NCBI GenBank assembly: GCA_900314255.1
Contig: OMUP01000020.1
Span: 1,938 to 65,937 of the forward strand
Source of the DNA: an uncultured Lachnospiraceae bacterium
GTDB taxonomy: Bacteria > Bacillota > Clostridia > Lachnospirales > Lachnospiraceae
Reading direction: 5' to 3'
DNA length: 64,000 nt
Positions within the stretch are counted from its first letter, which is position 1. The number at the start of each line of letters is the position of its first letter. A program made the position numbers and the translations under genes. Shown here piece after piece: positions 11,770-20,787 of the stretch. The notes below the pieces were generated by a model, which was given only the letters and a program-made list of their open reading frames with translations, was not told where the DNA came from and did not search any database.

Positions 11770-13191
11770 TTAGAATGTGGATCCGTCCATTTCCAGTTTA
11801 ATGAGATTGTTCATCTCCACGGCGTATTCAAGCGGCAGTTCCTTGGCGACAGGTTCTGCAAATCCCGAAACGATCATCGCGCGCGCGTCCTCTTCGGAAA
11901 GGCCGCGGCTCATCAGGTAGAAAATCGCCTCGTCGGAAATGCGTCCGATCTTTGCTTCGTGCCCGACATCTGAATCTGCGTTGCGCACGTCCATCGCCGG
12001 GATGGTATCCGAACGGGACTTTGAGTCGAGCATCAGCGAATCGCAGTTGACGCTTGACTTTGCGCCGACGGCGTCCTTGCCGATGATGACCTCGCTGCGG
12101 TAAACACATACACCGCCGTCCTTGCTGATAGACTTTGTAGAAATATGAGAGCTCGTGTTTCTGCCGTTGTGCACAACCTTCGCGCCTGTATCGAGTGCCT
12201 GCGTCTTGCCGGCAAATGTAATACCTGTGAAATCCATGTGGGAATCGTTTCCCTGCAGAATCGTCATCGGATACAGATAGGAGATATGGGAACCGAACGA
12301 ACCGGAAACCCACTCCATGATGCCGTCATCTTCAACCAGAGCCCGCTTTGTGTTCAGGTTGTACATGTTCTTGGACCAGTTCTCAATGGTCGAGTAGCGC
12401 AGTCTTGCGCCCTTTCCCACGTACAGTTCAACGCACCCTGCGTGCAGGTTTGCGACATTGTACTTCGGCGCCGAACATCCTTCGATAAAGTGAAGGTACG
12501 CGCCCGGCTCCACGATGATCAGCGTGTGCTCGAACTGTCCGGCTCCGGCCGCGTTCAGGCGGAAATACGACTGCAGCGGAATGTCCACATGCACACCCGC
12601 CGGGACGTATACAAACGAACCGCCGGACCAGACGGCACCGTGCAGCGCCGCGAATTTGTGGTCCGTCGGCGGAACCAGATGCATGAACTTTTCCTTCACG
12701 AGATCCGCATACGGTCCGCGCAGCGCGCTTTCCATATCCGTGTACACGACACCCTGCCGCGCGACCTCGTCCTTAACGTTGTGATACACAACTTCCGAGT
12801 CGTACTGCGCCCCGACGCCTGCCAGAGACTTCTGCTCGGCGTCCGGAATGCCAAGGCGCTCGAAGGTATTCTTTATATCATCCGGCACTTCGCTCCATTT
12901 GCCGCGCATTGTCGTGTTCGGACGGACATACGTGATGATCTGGTCCATGTTAAGGCCGTCAAGCGGCGGTCCCCAGTTCGGCACTGCGGTCTTCTGGTAA
13001 ATCTCCAGACTCTTCAGGCGGAACTCGCGCATCCAGTCCGGATCGTTCTTCTCTTTACTAATCTGTTCTACAATCTCAGGGGTCAGCCCGGCATCCGTCT
13101 CAAAGGAGGCATGCGTCTCATAGCGGAAATCATAGATGGACTGATTCACGCCCTGAATTTCAGGTCTTTCTTCTGCCACAGTCTCATTCAC
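11770..13191 (-). CDS. sufB: Fe-S cluster assembly protein SufB
   Basis: 473 aa with strongly conserved SufB blocks (FEHTLIIVEPGAYLHFIEGCSAP, HEAKIGRISDEAIFYLMSRGLSEEDA). Confidence 0.95.
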   Translation of the reverse strand: MNETVAEERPEIQGVNQSIYDFRYETHASFETDAGLTPEIVEQISKEKNDPDWMREFRLKSLEIYQKTAVPNWGPPLDGLNMDQIITYVRPNTTMRGKWSEVPDDIKNTFERLGIPDAEQKSLAGVGAQYDSEVVYHNVKDEVARQGVVYTDMESALRGPYADLVKEKFMHLVPPTDHKFAALHGAVWSGGSFVYVPAGVHVDIPLQSYFRLNAAGAGQFEHTLIIVEPGAYLHFIEGCSAPKYNVANLHAGCVELYVGKGARLRYSTIENWSKNMYNLNTKRALVEDDGIMEWVSGSFGSHISYLYPMTILQGNDSHMDFTGITFAGKTQALDTGAKVVHNGRNTSSHISTKSISKDGGVCVYRSEVIIGKDAVGAKSSVNCDSLMLDSKSRSDTIPAMDVRNADSDVGHEAKIGRISDEAIFYLMSRGLSEEDARAMIVSGFAEPVAKELPLEYAVEMNNLIKLEMDGSTF

Positions 13192-13933
13192 CTTCCTTGA
13201 TCAGCTCGGCAAATCCGTTCGTGTTGATGTAGTCAACGAGTTCCGGCCCGCCGGTCTTGATGATCCGTCCGTCATACAGAACATGAACGAAGTCAACCTT
13301 CAGATCCTCCAGGATCTTCGTGTTGTGCGTGATAATCAGCAGACTGTTCTCATCCGTCTTGAAACGGCGGATTCCCTCGGAAACGACACGTACCGCATCG
13401 ACATCAAGACCTGAATCCGTCTCGTCAAGCATGGCAAATGTCGGATTCAGCGTCAGCATCTGTACAATTTCCGCCTTCTTCTTCTCGCCGCCGGAAAATC
13501 CCACGTTTAAGTAGCGCGATGCGTAGGAATCATCCATATCCAGCGCTTTCATCGTCGCGGCCAGCTCCTTGTGGAAAGCGAAATAGCGGATGTTTTCGCC
13601 CGTGAGGTTCTTCTTGCACACGCGCAGGAAATCTTCCATCGTGACACCAGGGACTTCCTGCGGTGCCTGGAAGGACATGAAGATGCCTTTTCTGGCGCGT
13701 GCATCTGCCTTCTGTTTGGTGATGTCCTCGCCTTTGAAGAAAATCTTTCCTTCCGTCACCTTGTATTCCGGATTTCCCATGATGCAGTTGTCCAGCGTAC
13801 TCTTGCCCGCACCGTTCGGCCCCATCAGGACATGCGTCTCACCCTTATTCACAACAAGATTAATGCCCTTAAGGATTTCTTTTTCCTCGACATCCGCGTG
13901 AAGGTTCTCCACGCGCAGCAGTTCTTCTGACAT
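13184..13933 (-). CDS. sufC: Fe-S cluster assembly ATPase SufC
   Basis: 249 aa; GPNGAGKST Walker A, FSGGEKKKAEI signature, LDETDSGLD Walker B. Confidence 0.95.
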   Translation of the reverse strand: MSEELLRVENLHADVEEKEILKGINLVVNKGETHVLMGPNGAGKSTLDNCIMGNPEYKVTEGKIFFKGEDITKQKADARARKGIFMSFQAPQEVPGVTMEDFLRVCKKNLTGENIRYFAFHKELAATMKALDMDDSYASRYLNVGFSGGEKKKAEIVQMLTLNPTFAMLDETDSGLDVDAVRVVSEGIRRFKTDENSLLIITHNTKILEDLKVDFVHVLYDGRIIKTGGPELVDYINTNGFAELIKEGE

Positions 13934-14113
13934 TATCCTCTCTCCTTGTTTAATTTCTAGTATTTCACTAGGAATAAGATAACAACAAACCAGCCAGAAT
14001 TCAACAGCCGGTTTTTCCCTATCCTGTGAAATTGTTTACACTTTTCCGAAAGTGGAACCTATCGTATTATAAGAGCAGTTCTGATTCTTCGCAACAAGAA
14101 CGGCCCGCGGATA

Positions 14114-14122
14114 TGCTATAAT
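14114..14122 (+). promoter_or_regulatory. extended -10 element (TGcTATAAT) for the LysR gene
   Basis: TGCTATAAT lies 62 nt upstream of the ATG at 14184. There is no good -35, which is usual for extended -10 promoters. Confidence 0.4.
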
Positions 14123-14183
14123 CAGGGAATCCTGACATTTGTCGGCGGGTTGTACAAAAACGCACAGGGAGGTTGGCGCCGGT

Positions 14184-15062
14184 ATGACGTTTGAGCAGCT
14201 GGAATATTTTATTGCGGTGGCGGAAACCGACACCTTCTATACTGCAGCTGACATCCTGCATATGACGCAGTCCGCCCTCTCCAAGCAGATCATGAAGCTG
14301 GAAAAAGAGCTGGACGTGCAGCTTTTCGACCGCACGCACAGAAGTGCCCAGCTCACGTACGCCGGCAAAGTGTTCTACGAAGAAGCCCAGAAGCTCGTCC
14401 TGCAGTATCGGAAAACGCTCAACCGGATGGAGCACATCAAAAGTCCCGTCGGAGAGGCGCTCGCCATCGGCACGCTTCCGGTTCTGGACGCATTCGGACT
14501 GCGCCGTCCGCTCCACGAGTTCAAGACGCGTCACACCGAAAGCCGCATCACAATCGATGAAGTAGAGGAACAGGAGCTGATGTTCGGCCTCGATTCGGAC
14601 ATCTACGATTTCGTCATCGGAAACGAATACATGTTTGCCGGCCGTGCCTTCACACTTTCGCCGTTTGGTGAAGATGAGCTCATCGCCATCTTTCCTGAGG
14701 GGCGCGAACCGGACCGTCCAGTACCGCTCGCCGCGATGGCCGATCATCCTCTGTGCCTGCTGAATTCCTACACCGCAACCTGTCAGCTCTGCCTCAGGCT
14801 TTTTAAAGAGCAGGGACTTGCGCCGGAAATTCTCCGCTCGGCAAGAGTCGGTCAGATTCTGCAGTTTGTCCGTTCCGGCGACGCATTCGGACTGATATCC
14901 CGCATGAGTCTTGCCTGTCACCCGCACGGAGGCGTAACTGCGGTAAGTCTTGATCCGCCGGTAAAGTACCGCCTCGTTTTTGCGGCGCGCGATGACAGTG
15001 CGGAATCTCTGCTCATCCGGCAGCTTCAGGAGTGCCTTCGATCTTCTTTACAGCTCTCATGA
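14184..15062 (+). CDS. LysR-family transcriptional regulator, divergent from sufCBDSU
   Basis: MTFEQLEYFIAVAETDTFYTAADILHMTQSALSKQIMKLEKEL is a canonical LysR wHTH. Start at 14184 with a GGGAGG RBS; the track start at 14139 has none. Confidence 0.9.
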   Translation: MTFEQLEYFIAVAETDTFYTAADILHMTQSALSKQIMKLEKELDVQLFDRTHRSAQLTYAGKVFYEEAQKLVLQYRKTLNRMEHIKSPVGEALAIGTLPVLDAFGLRRPLHEFKTRHTESRITIDEVEEQELMFGLDSDIYDFVIGNEYMFAGRAFTLSPFGEDELIAIFPEGREPDRPVPLAAMADHPLCLLNSYTATCQLCLRLFKEQGLAPEILRSARVGQILQFVRSGDAFGLISRMSLACHPHGGVTAVSLDPPVKYRLVFAARDDSAESLLIRQLQECLRSSLQLS

Positions 15063-15717
15063 CATCTTCCGGGGTATCCGCAATCGCGTCCGCCCCGGCT
15101 TTTTCAAGCTCTCCCGGGACAGCAAAGCCAAACCGGACTCCGATAACGGGAATGCCAACCTGATGGGCACCGAGTACATCTTCCTTGCGGTCCCCGATCA
15201 TAACGCACTGCTTCATCACGCCCGGAATATCTCTGCACTCCTCCGGAAAGCGGTCCTGGATTCTTTCCAGAGCCGTCCGGATGATATCGCTTTTTACGAC
15301 ATGCTTTCCGGCCAGATCCGCACCGGACACGACCGCAAAATCCTCAGACAGGCCAAAATGCGCGAGGATTCTGACAGCAAAAACTTCCGGTTTTGACGTT
15401 GCCAGGACATTAACATATCCGGCGTCACGCGCGGTGCGCAGGAGTTCAGGTATTCCCGGAATCACCGAGTTTTCGTAAAGTCCCGTCGTTTCGTAGCGTT
15501 CCCGGTACTTTTTCACCGCCTGAATGCTCTGCTTCTCATCAAGTCCGTAAAAATCGCGGAAACTGTCATTAAGCGGCGGCCCGACAAAGCGGTTCAGGTT
15601 CGCCACATCCGTCTCGTGAATGCCGAAGCTTTCGAGCGCATACTGTGCGCAGCGGCGGATGCCGGGACCGGAATCCGTGATCGTGCCGTCAAGGTCAAAA
15701 AGCAGAAATTTTCTCAT
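15013..15717 (-). CDS. HAD-IA family hydrolase (phosphoglycolate phosphatase-like)
   Basis: FDLDGTITDS motif I, TSK motif II, GDRKEDVLGA motif III. Confidence 0.8.
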   Translation of the reverse strand: MRKFLLFDLDGTITDSGPGIRRCAQYALESFGIHETDVANLNRFVGPPLNDSFRDFYGLDEKQSIQAVKKYRERYETTGLYENSVIPGIPELLRTARDAGYVNVLATSKPEVFAVRILAHFGLSEDFAVVSGADLAGKHVVKSDIIRTALERIQDRFPEECRDIPGVMKQCVMIGDRKEDVLGAHQVGIPVIGVRFGFAVPGELEKAGADAIADTPEDVMRAVKKIEGTPEAAG

Positions 15718-16376
15718 GCGATGAGTTCTCCCAGATTCTGTACAAAAAGATCGGCTGTCTTTCGGATTTCATCTTCCTGATCAGCCGATCCTGCATCGGC
15801 CACGCCGACGGTGAAAAAGCCGCCGGCCCTGGCACCTTGTATCGATTTCAATGTGTCTTCAACTACGATGCACTCACCGACAGACACATGATTTTTGAAT
15901 GCAGCCCGGATGTAGACATCCGGGGCTCCTTTGTCCCGGTTTACTTCCCGGGTCTGCGTGAAATTGCTGAAGTACGGCAGAATGCCGCAGCGCTTTAAGG
16001 CCGGCAGGAAAAGCGACTCATCCGACGCCGTCGCCGCGCAGATTGTGACTCCGTGTTTTTTCAGGTATGCCAGAAACTCAGCTGCATGCGGCTTCAGCCC
16101 GATTTCATCCCGGTACTGTTTCAGCGCCATCGCGTGCCACTCGGCGATAATGTCCGCCTCGCTTTCGCGCAGATGAAACCGCTTTTTTGTGTATGCGGCG
16201 CCGATTTCATAGTTCAGTGTCTTGATATTTTCCATGTAGTCCGGCGGCGCCGGGATGCCGCGTTTCTTTAGAAACTGCACGTCAATATCGTGCCACAGTC
16301 TCGTTGAATCAAGCAGCGTCCCGTCAAGATCAAAAATCGCAGCCAAGAAGTCCGGCAGTCTGCCATGCCCCGTCAT
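15714..16376 (-). CDS. HAD-IA family hydrolase (beta-phosphoglucomutase-like)
   Basis: IFDLDGTLLDS motif I, ATAS, VEDTLKSIQGA. 4-nt ATGA overlap with the downstream HAD gene. Confidence 0.8.
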   Translation of the reverse strand: MTGHGRLPDFLAAIFDLDGTLLDSTRLWHDIDVQFLKKRGIPAPPDYMENIKTLNYEIGAAYTKKRFHLRESEADIIAEWHAMALKQYRDEIGLKPHAAEFLAYLKKHGVTICAATASDESLFLPALKRCGILPYFSNFTQTREVNRDKGAPDVYIRAAFKNHVSVGECIVVEDTLKSIQGARAGGFFTVGVADAGSADQEDEIRKTADLFVQNLGELIA

Positions 16377-17617
16377 GAGTTGGTGTCATCCGGCATCACG
16401 GACAGGTGATCCTTCACGTTGTCAAACGTGTAATTGTCCTCGTAGGCCTTGATCTTGTCATAGATCATGTTGTTTTTCACCGTTGTCTTGATGCTGTCGG
16501 TGGTCAGATCCGGCGCCGTGCGGTTTTCAAAGTACACATAGTAGTATACCGGCGTGGTAGAAGAGGTGTCCGCGATGATGGTGGAGTCGCCTGCCTGCCG
16601 GGATTCATCGAACAGCCAGTCGGCCATGTCTGTGTTGGAAATGCCTGAGTAGCTCATATCCGACATTTCCATCGCATCATCGTAATGATCGCCTTCGTTG
16701 TCGGCGCTGTCCGAATAGTAGCGGTAGGTCACCGTATCCAGACTCTGCTTGTTCTCGCTGTAATAATTCTGGATGTCATCATCTGTCGGTGTGGTGTTGT
16801 CCTGCAGATACGTCAGATATGCCTGGCACTTCAGATCGTTCTTTATCCACGAAGAAATGCTGTCCTCGGTCGCATTCTCGCCGAATACCGATTTGATGTA
16901 ATCTTCGCGGCTCATGCCGGCTGTTTCGGCATCAGAGTCCAGGGAACTCATGTACGTATCGTAATCGGAATCCTGGGTGTCATATGTGAAGTCAGAGCTG
17001 GTTCCCATATCCTCAAGAAGTGCCATCTCCTGCCGGATTGTGTCAATCGCAAGGGAGTTGAAAGCCTGCTCGTAGGTATATCCGCTCTGTCCGTAATACT
17101 GTGTCGAGTCGCCTGCTGCCTCATCGTACGACATGTACTGCGTCATGTAATCGCCGTATGTCATGTCTCCGTAGAGTGTCTGATTCAGGAAGTCTCTCTT
17201 GGCATAGCCGTAGTAGTATTCATACTTCGTCTTGCTGATATTCTGGTCGCCGACAGCGATGTACTTCACGTCGGTGTAGTAATACTGCGAGCCATAGTGC
17301 CAGATCAGCGCAGCCGCGATGATTGCGCATGCCGCGCCGAGTGAAATCTTCATAATTTTTGCCGCGCGGGCATCAGAACGCTTTATCTTTTCTCTTTCGG
17401 CCATCTTCCGGTCATAGCTCGTGACCGTCTGTTCGTCTTTTTCCTCGGAGATCTTCGCATCCTCTTTGCTGCGCTTCTTTTCCTGCCGCTCTTTTTCCGC
17501 TTCTCTGGCTTTTTCGATGCGAGCGTCTTCCTTTGCCTTGCGCTCCCGCCTCTTCTCCAGTTTCTTTCTCTCTTTTTCGGAGAGATTTTCCATCAGATTG
17601 CGGTTTTTGTTAGCCAT
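16373..17617 (-). CDS. hypothetical membrane-anchored protein: K/E/R-rich cytoplasmic N-terminus, one TM segment, Tyr/Asp-rich external domain
   Basis: 414 aa with a charged coil in residues 1-90, the TM segment ISLGAACAIIAAALIW, then a Y/D/T-rich domain. It loosely resembles SurA-N/PpiC-associated chaperone domains, but I see no PPIase motif. Confidence 0.55.
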   Translation of the reverse strand: MANKNRNLMENLSEKERKKLEKRRERKAKEDARIEKAREAEKERQEKKRSKEDAKISEEKDEQTVTSYDRKMAEREKIKRSDARAAKIMKISLGAACAIIAAALIWHYGSQYYYTDVKYIAVGDQNISKTKYEYYYGYAKRDFLNQTLYGDMTYGDYMTQYMSYDEAAGDSTQYYGQSGYTYEQAFNSLAIDTIRQEMALLEDMGTSSDFTYDTQDSDYDTYMSSLDSDAETAGMSREDYIKSVFGENATEDSISSWIKNDLKCQAYLTYLQDNTTPTDDDIQNYYSENKQSLDTVTYRYYSDSADNEGDHYDDAMEMSDMSYSGISNTDMADWLFDESRQAGDSTIIADTSSTTPVYYYVYFENRTAPDLTTDSIKTTVKNNMIYDKIKAYEDNYTFDNVKDHLSVMPDDTNS

Positions 17618-17626
17618 TTTCCAACA

Positions 17627-19561
17627 TTATCCTTCCTTGGTGAGATTTTTTTCTATTTCATCCAGTTCAGCCATCCAGACCGCGCCGGATGCGTCGCTGG
17701 GCATTCGCAGATCCCCTCTCGGGCTCACCGCGACAGTTCCGACTTTCGGAGAATCCGGAAGGCAGGACCTTTTGTACTGCTGCGCGAAGAACCGCCAGGT
17801 AAACGTCCTCTGCCATTTGTAGATGGTCTGCGGACTGAATTCACCGGCAAATGCGGCCTGTGCGATCCTGAACAGTTTCTTCGGATGCACGCCGAAACGC
17901 AGGGTGTGATACAGGAAGAAATCGTGCAGTTCATACGGACCGACCAGATCCTCTGTCTTTTGCGAAATCTGACCGTCTTCCGGCGGAAGAAGTTCCGGGC
18001 TTACCGGCGTGTCAAGGACATCCATAAGCGCCTTCTGAAGTCTTTCGTCGCCGCAGGTGTCCGCCGCATAGCGCACCAGGTAGCGCACAAGTGTCTTTGG
18101 CACCGACGCGTTGACACCGTACATCGACATGTGATCGCCGTTGTACGTGGCCCACCCAAGAGCCAGCTCGCTTAAGTCGCCCGTTCCGATGACAATTCCC
18201 TTGTACATGTTGGCCAGATCCATCAGGATCTGCGTCCGCTCCCTGGCCTGGGAGTTCTCGTACGTCACATCGTGATTGCTCTCATCCTGACCGATGTCCT
18301 CGAAATGCTGGCGCACCGCTTTCCGGATGTTGATTTCCCTGAGCGTGCAGCCCATCTGACGTGTGAGCGTCACAGCGTTGTTGTACGTGCGGTCCGTTGT
18401 GCCGAAAGCCGGCATTGTGACACACAGGATTCCCTTCCGGTCAAGCCCGAGCGCGTCGAAAGCTCTGGCCGTGACAAGAAGCGCCAGCGTCGAGTCCAGA
18501 CCGCCCGAAATGCCGATCACCGCATGCGAACATCCGATGTGCGCAAGCCTCTTGCGCAGGCCCATGCTCTGAATCTGCAGAATCTCACTGCAGCGCCTGT
18601 CTCTCTCTCCGGCCGCATCCGGCACGAAAGGCGTGCGGTCATACCGGCGCGTCAGATGAAGTGTACGGCTCTTCATGGAGAACGGGACAATCCGGTACCC
18701 TGCCGTCTCCGTGGCAAATGTCGTCATCCGCGCCCGCTCTTCTGTCAGCTTCTGAAGATCAAGCTGGGCAGCCAGCACACCGTCCGTAAAGCGCTCCGAC
18801 TCCGCAAGAATTGTACCGTTTTCCGCGATCAGGCGGTGTCCGGAGAAAACGATGTCCTGTGTCGACTCGTCCTTTCCGCTGCTGCAGTACACGTATGCGG
18901 CCACCAGCCGGGCCGCCTGGCCGCTCACAAGCGCCCTGCGGTAATCGGCCTTTCCGATGAGATCATTGCTCGCGGAAAGATTGACGATGACGGATGCACC
19001 GGCAAGCGCGTGATGAACGCTCGGCGGCAGCGGGACCCACAAGTCCTCGCACAGCTCCGCCCCGATGCACAGATCCGGATTGTCCGTGCAGGAAAGCAGA
19101 ATATTTCCGCCAAACGGCACTTCCTGCCCGTCAAACAAAATGTCCGACACGTCCGGCGCACCCGGTGTAAACTGGCGTCTCTCGTAGAATTCATTGTAAT
19201 TGGGAAGATTGCGTTTTGGAATAAACGCGATCACCTTTCCCTCATAAACTGCAGCTGCCACATTGTACAGCTTGCCGCGTACCAGAAGCGGCAGCCCGAC
19301 GAATGCGAGCATTCCGGACTGCTGCGCGCTTTTCTGTGCGATCTTTTTCAGGCCTTCTGCCGCTGCATCCTGCAGTGTCCTCGTCAGGAACAGATCGCCG
19401 CAGGTATAGCCTGTGACGGCCAGTTCCGGAAAAACAAGGAGCTGAATATCACGGGCATGAGCTTCATCCATCGCGGCAAGAATCTGCTGCGTGTTATAGG
19501 CACAGTCGGCAACCCTGAGCTTCGGAGTAAAGGCCGCCACATTGAAAAATCCATCTTTCAC
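17627..19561 (-). CDS. nadE: glutamine-dependent NAD+ synthetase
   Basis: 644 aa; N-terminal CN-hydrolase domain (FPELAVTGY ... CEDLW) followed by an NAD synthase domain (GISGGLDSTLALLV). Confidence 0.93.
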   Translation of the reverse strand: MKDGFFNVAAFTPKLRVADCAYNTQQILAAMDEAHARDIQLLVFPELAVTGYTCGDLFLTRTLQDAAAEGLKKIAQKSAQQSGMLAFVGLPLLVRGKLYNVAAAVYEGKVIAFIPKRNLPNYNEFYERRQFTPGAPDVSDILFDGQEVPFGGNILLSCTDNPDLCIGAELCEDLWVPLPPSVHHALAGASVIVNLSASNDLIGKADYRRALVSGQAARLVAAYVYCSSGKDESTQDIVFSGHRLIAENGTILAESERFTDGVLAAQLDLQKLTEERARMTTFATETAGYRIVPFSMKSRTLHLTRRYDRTPFVPDAAGERDRRCSEILQIQSMGLRKRLAHIGCSHAVIGISGGLDSTLALLVTARAFDALGLDRKGILCVTMPAFGTTDRTYNNAVTLTRQMGCTLREINIRKAVRQHFEDIGQDESNHDVTYENSQARERTQILMDLANMYKGIVIGTGDLSELALGWATYNGDHMSMYGVNASVPKTLVRYLVRYAADTCGDERLQKALMDVLDTPVSPELLPPEDGQISQKTEDLVGPYELHDFFLYHTLRFGVHPKKLFRIAQAAFAGEFSPQTIYKWQRTFTWRFFAQQYKRSCLPDSPKVGTVAVSPRGDLRMPSDASGAVWMAELDEIEKNLTKEG

Positions 19562-19692
19562 CGGGGATCCCTTTCATCAGCCTGCCGCAAATATAGGAGC
19601 CATCTTCTGCAGACTGCACGTTTTTGTATTATAGCATACCTCTGCAAAAAAGATGTGACCTCTTTGTGTACGGTGAAGAACACAACGCATAA

Positions 19693-19721
19693 GCCCCCCG
19701 CAGGCAGCCGCTGCGGGGGGC
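19693..19721 (-). terminator. GC-rich hairpin downstream of ribU
   Basis: GCCCCCCGCAG-GCAGCCG-CTGCGGGGGGC, an 11-bp perfect stem. The T-tract is poor on both strands. Confidence 0.5.
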
Positions 19722-19752
19722 TTTAAGGGTAAGGGTCCAGATGAAATCCGGC

Positions 19753-20472
19753 TCAGTGTGCACCTTTCAGGAGTCTGGAAAGATGCGGATAGAGGAAAGC
19801 GACGATAACGCTCACAATCGCCCCTTTGAGCAGATTGAAAGGTCCGACGCACAGAGCGGCGAATGAATAGATATCATTCACACTGGCGTTGATGGCATTG
19901 CCCATCTCGATGAATGTGGAAACCGGCATGCCGTACAACTGTGAATATTTCGGGAGCAGATATACGGCGTTCAGCACGACACCGCCGGCTGTCATGAAAA
20001 TGGTGCCGACAATGAGGCTGATGACCGCTCTTTTCTTCGTGCGGTGGAAATGATAGACAATCGAAGCCGGCACCACCAGAAAGCACCCGACGATAAAGTT
20101 GGCGAACTCGCCGACAAATGCGGTACTCGTGCCCTTTACCACCAGCATCAGAAGGTTCTTGAGTGCCTCCATGAGAACGCCGGCGCAGGGCCCCAGCATA
20201 AATGCGCCGATGAGGATCGGTACTTCGGAGAAGTCGACACGGTAAAACGGCGGTGCCACAAACGGGAGCGGAAAATCAACATACATCAGGATCACAGATA
20301 TCGCCGTAAACATGGCGATGATGACCAGATGGTTCACCTTTGTCTTCTCGGTGGCGAACTTCCGTCCGTTTTTCTTTTCAATGATTTTCTGGAAAGCAAG
20401 CGCGGCAAAATAAACCGCAGCGGTAATGACGATTACCGCGATCAGAAATGAAACATTTTCTACAAGCTGCAT
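19753..20472 (-). CDS. ribU: ECF-transporter substrate-binding (S) component, riboflavin type (RibU-like)
   Basis: Multi-TM protein immediately downstream of an FMN riboswitch. Start moved to MQLVENVSF at 20472 (GGGAG RBS), because the first 17 codons of the track ORF lie inside the riboswitch. Confidence 0.8.
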   Translation of the reverse strand: MQLVENVSFLIAVIVITAAVYFAALAFQKIIEKKNGRKFATEKTKVNHLVIIAMFTAISVILMYVDFPLPFVAPPFYRVDFSEVPILIGAFMLGPCAGVLMEALKNLLMLVVKGTSTAFVGEFANFIVGCFLVVPASIVYHFHRTKKRAVISLIVGTIFMTAGGVVLNAVYLLPKYSQLYGMPVSTFIEMGNAINASVNDIYSFAALCVGPFNLLKGAIVSVIVAFLYPHLSRLLKGAH

Positions 20473-20479
20473 AAAATTC

Positions 20480-20672
20480 TCCCTTCTCACATCCAGACTG
20501 TACTGTCGGCTGAGGTTTCTCACCTCATCTGCCGGAGAATCTGTTCTGACCTGCAGCGGTCATTCATCCGGCTCGCGGGCTCACCGCCAGAACGAAAAGC
20601 GTCTGGTCAGTATACCGCCGGTCAGGAATTCACGTGAGGCTTCCCCACGTGTCACCTTGCCCCGAAGAGCTC
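20480..20672 (-). promoter_or_regulatory. FMN riboswitch (RFN element)
   Basis: The reverse strand reads CTCTTCGGGGCAAGGTGA...AATTCCTGACCGGCGGTAT...AGCCCGCGAGCC...GCCGACAGTACAGTCTGGATGTGAGAAGGGAG. All conserved RFN blocks are present in the right order. The P1 3' strand abuts the RBS. Confidence 0.9.
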
Positions 20673-20700
20673 AAAAATATGTAATTGTCAGCCTTTCGGC

Positions 20701-20739
20701 GAAAAAACGCGCAGGCCCAGGCTGCCGGACCTGCGCGTA
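20701..20739 (-). terminator. intrinsic terminator after the valS-aminotransferase unit
   Basis: The reverse strand reads ACGCGCAGGTCC-GGCAGCC-TGGGCCTGCGCGTTTTTT. Confidence 0.75.
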
Positions 20740-20787
20740 ATTCTTAAACTAAGGTAGTGCAGACGAACGCATTTGTCAAGAGAGGCT

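Noticed and set aside
14067-14927. 286-aa minus-strand ORF opposite the LysR gene
   Set aside because: The plus-strand product has a canonical LysR wHTH and an RBS. The antisense ORF has neither an RBS nor any motif.
19562-19692. Possible NAD+-class riboswitch upstream of nadE
   Set aside because: The leader after the TGCTATAAT extended -10 is only about 75 nt and shows no conserved NAD-riboswitch-like domain that I can recognise. The call cannot be made without a covariance model.
20473-20523. N-terminal 17 codons of the ribU-like track ORF
   Set aside because: These codons are the conserved 3' half of the FMN riboswitch. The start was reassigned to 20472.
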